From: Sphagnum compactum
Taxonomy: Eukaryota
DNA length: 64,000 nt
Direction of reading: 5' to 3'
Assembly (NCBI GenBank): GCA_965153455.1
Contig: OZ234493.1
Location: 20,450,213 to 20,514,212, forward strand
Numbering within the stretch: the stretch's first letter is position 1; the number at the start of each line of letters is the position of its first letter. Below, in pieces: positions 1 to 11,769 of this stretch. The position numbers and the translations under genes were made by a program. The notes below the pieces were generated by a model that was given only the letters and a program-made list of their open reading frames with translations, made no database searches and had not been told where the DNA came from.

Positions 1-118
1 CATTGTTTTATTTTGGTGCAACACAAAATATAAAGGAATCCAAAATGAAAAAATGAAAAGACATTCCAAGGGGCACATTAATTCTTTGTATTGTAGTTGT
101 AAAACAAGAAGTGGCAAC

Positions 119-709
119 TATTACCTAGATTTAACAACATGTGACTTAACATGTTGATAATGTAAACAGGTTGTTAAACCTAACAGGTGTCTTAACCTAT
201 TATTTAACCTAACCTGTAATATTGACCTAACCAATTACTAAACTTGGCAGGCAATGTTACTAGGTTAAGAAGATAAGTTGACAGGTTAGTCAACAAGCGA
301 TCTGCAGAACTTGTACTTGGCAAAACTAGTAAGTGAATAGGTAGTTAAACAAGGTGTAACTTTTAAAATTTTGGACTTTTAGTTTAGATATTGGCTAATG
401 ACTGTTCATAATGGTCAATATGATTGTTATAATTTGAAATAACTAGTATAAGACTAAAAGACAAACCTGTTGAAGAGCTTTTGGATTTCATTTTTATCAT
501 GTGTTTCAATTTTCATTTATGGAACATGAATCATTTTTCTTTTAGCCAACTTCCTTCAAGTTTTGAGTAATTTGTGTACATGTTAATTTAGGATTTGAAA
601 TTAGTTTAAGTTTTATTAGTGTTTTGCATGTACTTGTTGTTTTAGGAACCTGTTGCTGAAAAATTCAAAAGTAGAATAACTTTAATGGGCATAGAAAGAC
701 TCGTTAACA
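119..709 (+). repeat. 5' LTR of element A
   Basis: Starts TATTACC (decayed TGTTACC) and ends GTTAACA. Colinear with 11445-11769 (e.g. GAGCTTTTGGATTTCATTTT...ATGGAACATGAATCATTTT...GATGGGCATAGAAA). Confidence 0.9.
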
Positions 710-711
710 TT

Positions 712-729
712 TGGCAACCATGCAGTGGA
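712..729 (+). promoter_or_regulatory. Primer-binding site (tRNA-Arg-like, degenerate)
   Basis: TGGCAACCATGCAGTGGA, 2 nt after the LTR end. It begins with TGG (complement of tRNA CCA) and resembles the complement of a plant tRNA-Arg 3' end (recalled, not searched). Confidence 0.6.
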
Positions 730-3096
730 TTAAAATTCAAAAACAATCATGCTTAGAATTTCTAGTTTAATTCAATTGTTTTAGTAGGTCAAGTTTGGAA
801 AGCAATCATGCTTGGAATTCTAATTTGTTATATGTTTACTTGTTTTGTGTAAATTTTAGAATTGAAGTTTTTATTCTTGATTTTGTTTTAAAACATTAAG
901 AATAGGGTGAGGTTAATGTAAAGTTTTTGAAGTAAGATAAACACCCAATCTGTAAAAGAATTTTTATATAAGTTCTTGATTGCTAGGAGGGGTCGTTCTG
1001 AAAAAATTCATGTTCAAAAATAATGCAAGGGCTATCCTAGAACCTGTTGATTTTAGAAAATGTCAAGAGTAGTTACTAGAAGTTTTAGAAAATAGTTAAA
1101 ATAGGTCAGACATCAACCTATTTAAGAAGATGCACAAAAACAAGATGAACAACAAGTGCAACCTATGGGAGATGAACATGTGAATGCACCAAACATGGAT
1201 GCAACATAGAGGGTGAAAATCAATGAACAACATCAAAATGTAGCAAAACCAGTTGTGCAGAGAGGCCCGACAACACTTTTAACCACTCATCAAGAAACAC
1301 CATGAACGACAACCCAACCACGGGTAGTGAATGTTTATCATGATGACAATCATGAACCTATTTAGTCGTTTGATGAAGTTGTCTCTGCACAGCAACCATG
1401 GTGATCTACAACCCCAGTTTACAATTTACCCAGAACTGATGCATCTACACCAATTACAACATCTATTAGTTTTCAAAACCAACCACTACACACCAACATC
1501 AATTTGGTCCCAACTAATTCGGAGATGAAACGACTTCACCTATTCAACAAGTTGGAGCAACTTTGTCACGTCAACCAAGGATTGTCTAATTAATCAGTTT
1601 TTATACCATATTAAAAACCTATTGAACCTAGAGCAACACCCACAGTCATTCGACAGGGAGTCACTGATCCATAAAACACTTGGCATGTTAGACTAGTACC
1701 TAGTCCAAGAAGAATATCGCAAGTCCCACATCATAGACCGATTTCAGGAGGAAACCAAGGTGCCAGAACTATAACATATACATATTGTCATTGAATGGGA
1801 CACTTCTTCAATTGATATCCATTTGTTGATGATAGATTAAACCATTTATTACAAGAGGAGGTGATGAATGTTCATCAACTTATCCCTCCAACCACTACAA
1901 CAATAGTACCCAATGTCTGTATTAGGAACTCAAGCCATGAATCCTAGTATCGGTCATACAATAGTACTTATTAACTATCAGACAACCTAGTCACAACCTA
2001 TTACACCCATTATGTTACCTACTTCAACATACCCAATGTGGTATAATGTCACACCCCCTTTTGTGCCTTTAGATCCTAGTTTGTATCCAACATATCCAAC
2101 TAGAACAAAAGGATTGATTCCTCAATCTTTAGGAATTATATAGGTTATGTACCTGGGAATGTGTACCTAATACTTGAACAACTTGTTGTACCACCAACAT
2201 ATACACCATACTTTGTTGGAAATCAACTTCCTACAATGGTTCAACTACTGACTAGTAGGGATAGACAACTTGTCCAACAACTTATTACTGCACCAGTTCC
2301 AACCACTATACAAGTTACAACGAGTTTACCAACTTATGTACCTAGAGGTTTTGCTCACCAACCACCGGATGGAGGACAACCTAGAAACTTACTTGGAAGA
2401 AGTTCACCTAGAAGAGAACCCGCTTGGAGGACCACCTTTTAATCTACTTATTGGATCTTTTGGATGTACAACACCTGATTCGCGCATGTTTATACCACCA
2501 TGGTATCAACCACTTGTTGTGCAACCTGTAACAAAACCAGCAACCAAGCTGCCATATAGGAAGTTACAATATCCAACCTATGTCAAAGACATTGATTCGA
2601 ATGCTCATATCAGAAAGTTCAAAAAGGCCATTAAAGCTAATGGTGAAACAGTGGAAGCTAACATCATTAACCTGTTTAGTTTTACTCGCAAGGATAATAT
2701 CTCCAAATGGGAATAGAGCTATGTTCAAGACCATCCAAACTGCACTTTTGAAGAATTGGAACAAGCATTTCGCAAGCGATTCAGAATTGTAAAGAATTAT
2801 GAAAAGGTCTACATGTAATTGCGGAACATATAATAATAAACTGCTGAATGTGTTAAGGTTTATTATGAACGCATGTTGAAACTAACAAACTATCTACAAG
2901 TTAAAACAACAGATGTTTTTCTCACCACTGTTTTTAGGGCAGGTTTATTACCTTACCTAAGATTAGTAACTACAGGTATGAGGAAAAATACCTTAATTGA
3001 GCACAAGGAAGCTACGGTAGTATGTGAAAAAAATGGACCTATTAGTTTGAGCTACAATGTTCTATTAACCACACTAGAGACTAATGCAATAGTTAA

Positions 3097-3214
3097 ACAT
3101 GTAGTACATGTTATTACAACTAAATCAACATTAACATGTAGTACATGTTATTACAACTAAATCAACATTAACATGTAGTACATGTTATTACAACTAAATC
3201 AACATTAACATGTA
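3097..3214 (+). repeat. Perfect 37-bp tandem repeat, 3 copies plus 7 bp, inside gag
   Basis: ACATGTAGTACATGTTATTACAACTAAATCAACATTA at 3097, 3134 and 3171. Confidence 0.95.
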
Positions 3215-3529
3215 CCAATTGTGGTAAAACCAGTCATTTAGTTGAGGCCTATCATAACAAGAAAATGGAAGTATTAATAGTGCCAACCACTACAACTAAG
3301 TCTACAAAAGCTGTAACAAGACCTATTAAATTAGGAAAAATACCTGTTTGATATCCCTGTATAATATGTTTTAGTGTGGAACATAGATCTAGAGAATGCC
3401 CCATAAAGATTGAAGTACAAAACATGTTCAGAACTAAAGCTGTTAGTTTTAATGTTACGATAGCACCTAAACCGCCTAAAATTAACAATGTGCCAGTTAA
3501 TGTAGTAGCTGTTGTTACCACTCGTAATC

Positions 3530-3805
3530 AGGTGACAATCCTTTAAGGTGTACCACACAGGACGAAAAGAGCCCAGTCCTTATTGCAATCCTTTTTTACC
3601 TTACATTTTGATCCCCATAAAAAATAATGAATCAAAAGTTGTCAAAAATTTCAGAAGGATTATATTTTTGACTATTATAATTCTAGATTCCATCATAATC
3701 ATCCATAAATGTGTCTTTACATGGTAAAAAAGGACTAGGTAAAAAAAACAAAAAAAGGTTACACACTATGACAAGATTTTGGTACACCTTAAAGAATTTG
3801 CACCC
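3530..3805. mobile_element. MITE copy 1 (~276 bp, ~26-bp TIR, 4-bp TSD)
   Basis: Left end AGGTGACAATCCTTTAAGGTGTACCA, right end TGGTACACCTTAAAGAATTTGCACCC. A homologous copy lies at 18606-18878. It interrupts gag. Confidence 0.9.
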
Positions 3806-4259
3806 AGCTAATAGTCGAAATAGTAGGTGTTTAAAGAAAGAGAGCCGGTTAAAGCTAAAAAAGCTAAAGATTGGCAACAAGAAGATTGTTTACAAGATTC
3901 GTTCATTGAAACTATCAGATAGTTACTGCATGGTGGGACTAAAAAACAATATGCTACCATGAAGGAAGATTCATTACAGAGTAATTGGGTTGGATTGCTT
4001 GATAATATTAGTATAATTTAACCGGTTGAAAGCAGTTGAATTGGTGAAATGAATCAACAACCTATAAGTTCAGAATAGGTTACCACAGAGAAGACTTCAG
4101 AAGAAATTCTAAGGGATATCAGTAAACAAGTCTTGGAAACCAAATATACATTGAACTTGGGTCAATTGTTGAGAGTAATTCCTAATATCAAACATTACAT
4201 TCTTGACATGATACCATGAAAACCTGTTTTACCAAAACCAACAGTTGCATCAATTACCA

Positions 4260-7200
4260 TTGATCATCAAATGGTAGTAATATAAGTTCAAGTAGGGAAA
4301 AAATAATTGAATATGTACTTCTAGATGGTGGTTTTAGAGTTAATATCATTACGAAAAAGCTGAGGGTACAGTTAGGTCTATCAAAACCAAAACCTGCACC
4401 TTTCAATTTACATATGGTTGATCAAACCATTGCCAAACCCCTAGGTTTTATTAAGGATCTTAAAATTCTTATTCATGGAATTCCTTATGCAGTGACTTTC
4501 ATTGTAATTCAAAGTAATGTGTTAGACTCCAACTAGTTTATGTTGTTAGGTCGTCTTTGGCTAAAAGATGTTTAAATGTTTCATGATTATGGCAATAATA
4601 CTATCATTATAACAAGGAAATAGTACAATTAGAACCATACATGTTACCAAGAAACTTGGAACACCAACTAAGTGTCCAAAAGTGTTAGTTTGTTTTTCCA
4701 TTCTGGAATATCTAACGAAGAAGAGGATTTGATGTTTGCCACAGAACTAGGATTGTTTTCAATAGGAACCATAACTATCCCTACATCAATTTGGTCAAAT
4801 CAACTTGTTAAGTTGATTACATTCGAAGGTTTGAATCTAGTTGAACAGGTTATTGTACATGTTGACCTTGTGTCTAAATCGCCTATTTCATCTGATATAC
4901 CTATCAAACCAATATTTATATTACCTGTTAAGATTTCTATACCCCCTAATACTTTCCAACAACATTTACCAGAGATGTTTTTCTAACCTGAAGTTGGAAA
5001 AATGGAAATTAACAAGATACCTACTTGGATTAAAGTTCAAAATCTTTTCATTACTAGATGGACTGCCACTGAAGAAGAGCAATTGACCAAGATCAATTTA
5101 GGTTCTAAAGAAAACCTACAACATGTTAAAATGAATGTGGATCTGGAACCTGTTGTCAGTCATCAACTGATTGAATTGCTAAAGGAGTTCAAAGATATTT
5201 TTGCTTAGACTTACAAAGATTTGAAGGGCATACCACCTAAGGTAGCTCAACATTGGATTGAGTTGGACACATTGATACCACCTGCTCATCAAGCAAGGTA
5301 CCGGTTAAACCCTAATTATGCAATTATTGTTAAACAAGATATTAACAAATTTCTTACTGCAAGTTTTATTAAACTTGTGGAAGATGGTACTTGGCTATCA
5401 CCTATAGTTGTAGTGCCTAAGAAAAATGGGAAATTGAGAATTTGTGTGGACTTTAAGAAACTTATGTAGCTACTAAGAAAGACCCATACCTATTACCTTT
5501 TATTGATAAGGTTATTAACATTATAGCCAAACATGAGGTTTATACATTTTTAGATGGTTTTTCTAGATACCATCAAATTTCCATAGCACTAAAGGACCAG
5601 TACAAAATTTCCTTTGTTACTTTATGGGTCTTTTGTATGGGTTGTAGTGCCTTTTGGGGTCAAAAATAGACCACCTACCTATCAAAGGGTAGTCACCAAA
5701 GCTTTCCACGAATACATTGATGTGTTCATGAAGACTTTTTTAGATGATTTTACTGTTTTTAATGACCTATCCACTCATTTGGAAAAACTTAGAAAGTGTT
5801 TTCTAAAATGTAGAGAGTATGACATTAGTTTGAATCTAGATAAATGTGCATTTATGGTATGTTCTAGAACTATTTTAGGATTTATAGTCTCCAAAGAAGG
5901 GAAGACACATGATCTTAAGAAGATAAAGGCTTTAGTCAAAATGTTAGTACCCAAAACACCTCAGGAGATTCAAGTCTTCAATGGAATGGCATAGTTTTAT
6001 AGATGTTTCATCAAAAAATTTGCCTCCATTATGGCACCAATCACCAAGTTACTTAGAAAAGTTGAAGTATTTCAATGGACTGTTGAATGTTAAACCGCTT
6101 GGGAAGATATTAAGAACCGGTACATTCAAGCTCCTATTCTTATCAATCCTAACTAGGAACTAGAATTTCATGTTATATTGATGCATTTCAACTAGCAATG
6201 GGCGTAATATTGGCCCATAACCCAATAGGTAAAATAGATCAACTTGTTATGTACTCATCAAAACTACTTAATTATGTTGAGAAAAACTATACTACTATAG
6301 AAAGAGAGGCTTTAGTTATGGTTTATGCTTTACACAAATTTAGGCATTACCTGTTAGGCAACAAGTTTATGTTTTATGTAGACCATATGGCCTTAGTGTA
6401 TTTAGCTAACAAGCCACAGATTTCTAGCAGGTTAGCTATATGGCTTTTATTATTTTTGGAATATGATTTTGAAATTGTTTACAAACCTGGTAGATCCCAT
6501 CTAATGGCAGATGGATTGAGCAGATTACCCAATTAGATTGAACTTGTGATGTTCACCTGTTTACTTTACAACCTGAGTGGTTATAGAATGTGTATGAGTA
6601 CTTATTAGAGGGAGTGATGCCAGATAGATATACAACATCCCAAAGACAGTATTTAACCCAAAGAGCTAAACCATTTGTGCTTCAAGAAGGAATACTATAC
6701 AAATTTGGACAAGACAACAAGTTTCGTCGAATTTTGCAACCAAAATAAGTGTCCACAATGGGTGGAAGCTCGAACACTCCGCACCAACATTGCTACAGTA
6801 ACTGCCAAGTTTTTGTACAAGCATATTCTTACAAGATTTGGATGTGCATTAACTATTGTGACCGATGAAAGTACCCATTTTATCAATGATGCGATCACAT
6901 ACCTTACTGATCATTTTATTCTTAGACACCAGTTCTACTATTTATTATCCACAAGGAAATGGACAGGCTGAGTCTACAAACAAGGTTTTTGGAACCTTAC
7001 TAACCAAACCAGTTAATGAGAACATAAATGATTAGGATGAGCACCTGTCCATAGTCTTATTTTCATATCGAATCGCCTACAAAGTTGGAACCAGTCATAC
7101 CCCATTTCAGCTTATGTATGGATTACATCCATTACTGCCTACAAAATACCTGTTACCATCTAAACTTGGTGAAAAACAGATAATCACACCTGTTAGAGTT

Positions 7201-7520
7201 TTAACGAATTAATTATCTAAGTTAAAAAAATTATAGGAGAACAGGTTGATTAACTGAAATCTAATTACTTCCAACTAGTGGAACATATCATTATGGTCAC
7301 AAAACTAGTTCATTGAAATAGGTTTCAATTTGGAGATTATGTATTATGGTTTCTAGGAGCTATTTTTAAACATGCTCCAAAATTTCAAAGACAATGGTTT
7401 GGACCTTATAAGATCTAATATTATTTGGCTAATAATATTGTTTTATTTGTCACTATTGATAAGTTTGACCCTAACCTAGTGCTTGTCAACATCAACAAGT
7501 TGAAGCCATATAGGTTCATT
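4260..7520 (+). pseudogene. pol of element A (protease, RT, RNase H, integrase with internal deletion)
   Basis: PR VLLDGGFRVNI (~4315). RT WLSPIVVVPKKNGKLRICVDF and FLDDF. RH NYTTIEREALVMVYALHKFRHYL...HLMADGLSRLP. INT TIVTDESTHF, NGQAESTNK, WFGPYKI. Confidence 0.92.
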
Positions 7521-7930
7521 GAAGATAAAACTTTACAACCTATATTAGTTAAACCTATTGACCTTGTTACTTATGAACATGTTTAAATCAAAGAACTTGA
7601 ACCATTACTTGTTGAACCTGAAGATCTTCAACATGTAGAGTTTGAACTGGTTAGTAATCATTTGACACCTGGTAATATTAAAGTAATAGATGTGCATGTT
7701 CATTATTACCATGATGTGCTTGTTCACAACAGTCATGCAATTATTAGTAATGATCTAAATGAATGGTTAAAAAGGCACTTATTGATGACTACATTCTAGG
7801 AGTGTCCAACCCTAAAGGTTGCGTCCATTCACAACCACATACTCATTTTCAACTGAAATAATATAAAGAACCGCCGCAACTTTCATTTTATCTCTTCATT
7901 TTTGCTTGCTTTTTCATATTGATAAAGGCC

Positions 7931-10900
7931 ATGAGTGAGAGTGTTTTTAAAAAGTTAAAACGAGAAGCAAGAGAGAGAAAAGTTGAAGCTTTTAGAAGAG
8001 CACACATAGAGAGGGAGAGAGCAAAACATAAAACAATTTATGTAGAATTGTTAACTTCACATGCACCTACAGCAGAGGAAACTAGAATTTTTGAGCAAAA
8101 GCAAAGAAGTAGGGAGTTAGAAGAAGAATTAAAAGCAACCCTTAATTTTTTTACGAAAACCACTACTTTTACAGCAACACTAACACCACAAGTCATTATT
8201 ATTTCAGACTTAGAGGAAGAGGTGGAAATTATACCTGAACCTGTTGTTGAGGAACATCTAGAACTAGTTCCTACATCAAGACCTATGGAATAAGAGGAGT
8301 TGCAACAACCTATTGTTGAGGAACAAACAAAGCAAGTTTCTGCACCAAGACCTGTGGAGAAAGAGGAGTTGTAACAACCTATGAGTAGTGGAGAACAGTT
8401 TCTCCAAGAACTCTTTAAAAAAGGACATGTTTGTAATATTATTCTTTAATGCGCGAAATCAAGAACGAAAGCCATGATGAAACGTAAATGCAAAGCGCCT
8501 ATAGAAGAACAGGTTAAGAAACCTATTAAGAAGAAAACAATGTTTAAGGCAAAGGAGAGCTAAAAGATGTTGCAATGGATGAAGATGGACTCCAATGAAC
8601 TCAAATGGGTTAGACGAACCGGTTTGGAAAACCTGTTCAACTTAAAGTGGACAATGCCAAGAGAAGACCTATTAAAAGACTTCTTATGAACCTGGGAAGC
8701 AATGGAGGATAAATTCAAGGGCAAGTAAGTGGTCAAATAAATTTCATTGATCGGGTACTTATTCATGAACAATTTGGAATTTCCAAGGAAGGAACAGTAG
8801 ATGCTGCAAATGCAACTTTTGAAGAAGCCAAAACTGCCTTGAAAAGAATTGTAGGTCCACATGCCTTTGTTGAGAATGAGTAGTGGAGTGTAATACTCAT
8901 GAAAGAGGAATCAGGGTGCCAGCTCTCTGCCCATGAAGGCAGAGGGCACAGCAAAAAAAGGATTTTTTTTATGCGCCCTTTCTTGGACTTCTTTAGCTTT
9001 CCAGGCTCTTAATATCTGTCTTCATGCTCTTAGCTATTTTATTTATTCCTTCTCAAACAGGAAGCACTAATTTACAAATATTATTAACCACAGAATTTAG
9101 TGAACGGCGCCAAATCTTGTTATGGATTGCTTTTTTTGCTTCCTTTCATGTGAGATTTACAACTATTTTGCAAATGTTTTATCAAAGAGAGAAGTTAGCT
9201 TATTTTAGCAACCAGATTGTTATTACTTTTGACCTAGCTAACAAGGGGCAACCTATTATCTGGTGTTCCATAGTGTTGACCAAGTTACTAGTTGAATTAA
9301 CTTGTTGGACATAACGACAAAAAAAGGCAATAACTAACCAAGTTTCTAGTAAAACCGAAGTAGATAATTGTTATTCAAGGCCTATATTATATATTCTATT
9401 TAGGAAGTGGTTCCCTTTATTCAAGGTGCCTTCACCAAATATAGCAACCCTAGAGGAACATGTGTCACTAGCTAGCCAAGAGCACCAGGTTGCACAACAA
9501 CGACAAGTTTCACCTGAACCTGTTAAAAGGGAACAATTCTTGAAGGAGAGAAAATTAGCACATTCGACTACTACATTGCCTTTACCAACATGTTAATCTC
9601 ATTGATTAAAAACATGCATAGAACTGCCTACACTAAGGAACATATTAAGCCTTGAACTTGTTACCTCACCACCAAAAAAGAAATCTAAAACTACTTTTGG
9701 ATCACTGGTTGTTGATTCAAAAAAGGATGAGTAGTGAACCTATTCAAATGAGGTTGAGGGTGGAGGAGAGAGGAGCTTAATGCAACAACTACGTAGGGCA
9801 ACATTGAAAAAAAACCTGAGCCTAATCTAGATCAGGTAATTGACAACATCCAAATTGAACTTGGTGTGTCTATTGAACCTATACTACCCATTGCAGAACC
9901 TATATAACTTGTAGTTGTAGCTACATAATCTTGTTCAACCTGTAGTTGAACCTATGCAAATGGAAAACCCATAATTTTTTAGATTTAAACTTGTCCAAGT
10001 TTCTAGTTATTCCATAAAAAACCTAAGACATATTAGTATGTTTTTAGAGCAAGTTGCTCAAAATGCCACAACCTAGTCAAGGACATTGCAAGAATTTTCA
10101 AACCTTAGAGTTGAGTTTGAGCAAGTCAAAGAGAACCTATTTGAGACCCACAATCGCCTGCAAACTTGTAGCCTAGAGCTAGAAACAATGCAACAAACTT
10201 TGAAGAACCGTGACAAAAAATTGGTCACAATCAAAGGACAAATGAATAAGGTCCAACATGAGAACCAAAACTTGTCCAATAAGTTGATAGAAGTAGAATA
10301 GGCTATTAGGAAAACTAAGAACCTGCAACAAGAGTATGCCGAACTGAACCAACTCAATTGGAAAACCCACCATGATTTGAAGCATCTCCAAGTTGATTTG
10401 GAACAAATGACATGGGATTATGCCAAAATGGAGGAGTCCAATTTGGAACAATAAGGTATCATAACCAGTTTGGAGCAAACATGTCGAGACCTCAAAGAAC
10501 ATGTAGCTACCCACATAGAGTTTGAAAGGGAAAAACAAAGTCTAATTGCCCAAATCTAGGATTGGAAAGGTTAGTATGAGATAGCTAAGGTACAATTAAG
10601 CAAACCTAGCCCCATTCGACCTGTTAGGATGAATAACAAGTTGAAGGAGTTTGATAAGGTATTTCTAGATAATACATTACTCAAGGTGCAAAACCAAGCC
10701 TTGGGAAACAGAAATCCCAAGTGGAAGGGATGATGACAAATTGTTCAAGAGTTCACAAAAGAGCAAATTCAAGACAATATGGAGCTAGCTCGCTCTGATG
10801 AATAAAGTTACCAACTTGAGCTGCACGCCTACTAAATCACTTTTCGTGATTTCAAATACAAACCCCCTAATTTCATATATGTGGAGATTGGAACCAATAA

Positions 10901-11330
10901 TAGAATTTTAACAACACCATATGTGGTACAACCTATTGCCATTACCAAACTAGTTAGTCCACTAAAAGGTGCAACATGTTTAGAACTCATACCTTTACCT
11001 ATTCAAACTTTTACTATACCTATTATAGTTACCACTGTTGTCAATGAACCTATGGTAGATAGTAAGAGATTTGATAAGGAACATGTTGAGCTTGTTATTC
11101 CTTCATTCACCATACTAAATAGTTGGTTAGAATCTTTTTATCTACTAGTTTACCTCTAACCCCACACTAGATAGGTATACATTAGGAGGTTATTTTAATC
11201 TCAAGTACCCCGCATGCCTCAGAGGTATTCACAACACCCATAGCGACCTTTGAAAACACACCCGATTGATAGAAGATTGCAGCACCAATAGGTCTTCAAA
11301 TTCTGAGCTAAGCCGAACTTGTGGAAGAAG
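7931..11330 (+). pseudogene. Extra sense ORF between pol and the 3' LTR (env-position ORF; degenerate)
   Basis: Starts MSESVFKKLKREARERK. The central block WTMPREDLLKDFL..IQGQVSGQ..IDRVLIHEQFGIS..KGQPIIWCSIVLTKLLVEL resembles extra ORFs of plant Athila/Tat-group elements. Heptad-rich coiled-coil at ~10050-10800. End is approximate. Confidence 0.65.
8911..9143 (-). mobile_element. 233-bp insertion with Helitron-like 3' end
   Basis: Removing it rejoins ...MKEE|FHVRF... of the extra ORF. On the minus strand it sits between A and T with no TSD and ends in a GC-rich hairpin (GTGCCCTCTGCC..GGCAGAGAGCTGGCAC) followed by CTGA (CTRR). The 5' TC is absent. Confidence 0.5.
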
Positions 11331-11432
11331 AAGGTGTTGAACCTATCAAAGAAGTCATTAGTCAATCGGTTGCAGAAGGCCAATTTGACCTAGGACTTTG
11401 AGTTAACATTTTGAGGACAAAATGTAGACTTC

Positions 11433-11444
11433 AAAGGGGGATAA
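11433..11444 (+). promoter_or_regulatory. Polypurine tract of element A
   Basis: AAAGGGGGATAA immediately before the TGTTAC start of the 3' LTR. Confidence 0.8.
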
Positions 11445-11769
11445 TGTTACCCAAACTTAGCAATAGGTGATTTAACATGTTCATAATGTAAACATGTTGT
11501 TAAACCTAACATGTGTTTAAACCTGTTGAGGAGCTTTTGGATTTCATTTTGATTGTGTGTTTCAATCTTCATTTATGGAACATGAATCATTTTCCTTTCA
11601 ACCAACTTCCTTCAAGTTTTGAGTAAATTTGTGTACATGTTAATTTAGGATTTGAAGTTAGTTTAAGTTTTATCAGTGTTTTGCATGTACCTATTGTTAT
11701 TTTAAGAACATGTTACTGAGGAATTCAGAAGTAGAATAATTTTGATGGGCATAGAAAAACCCATTAACA
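11445..11769 (+). repeat. 3' LTR of element A (about 266 bp shorter than the 5' LTR)
   Basis: Has TGTTAC...TTAACA ends. It lacks the segment at ~198-468 of the 5' LTR, with AACCT at the junction. Confidence 0.9.

Larger units (their letters stand above)
1130..4000 (+). pseudogene. gag of element A (degenerate, long Pro-rich N-terminal region, CCHC knuckles)
   Basis: Capsid-like segment KLPYRKLQYPTYVKDIDSNAHIRKFKKAIKANGE (2270-2716 ORF). Knuckles CTNCGKTSHLVEAY (~3211) and CIICFSVEHRSRECP (~3358). Start and end are approximate. Confidence 0.8.
119..11769 (+). mobile_element. Full-length degenerate Ty3/Gypsy LTR retrotransposon (element A), non-chromovirus type, with extra 3' ORF
   Basis: Two matching LTRs (119-709, 11445-11769), a PBS after the 5' LTR and a PPT before the 3' LTR. 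Domain order is gag-PR-RT-RH-INT. No chromodomain is visible after the integrase GPY motif. Many stops and frameshifts. Confidence 0.93.

Noticed and set aside
7931..11330. Retroviral-type envelope gene
   Set aside because: The position fits, but no signal peptide, furin site or transmembrane anchor is visible. Kept only as an extra ORF.
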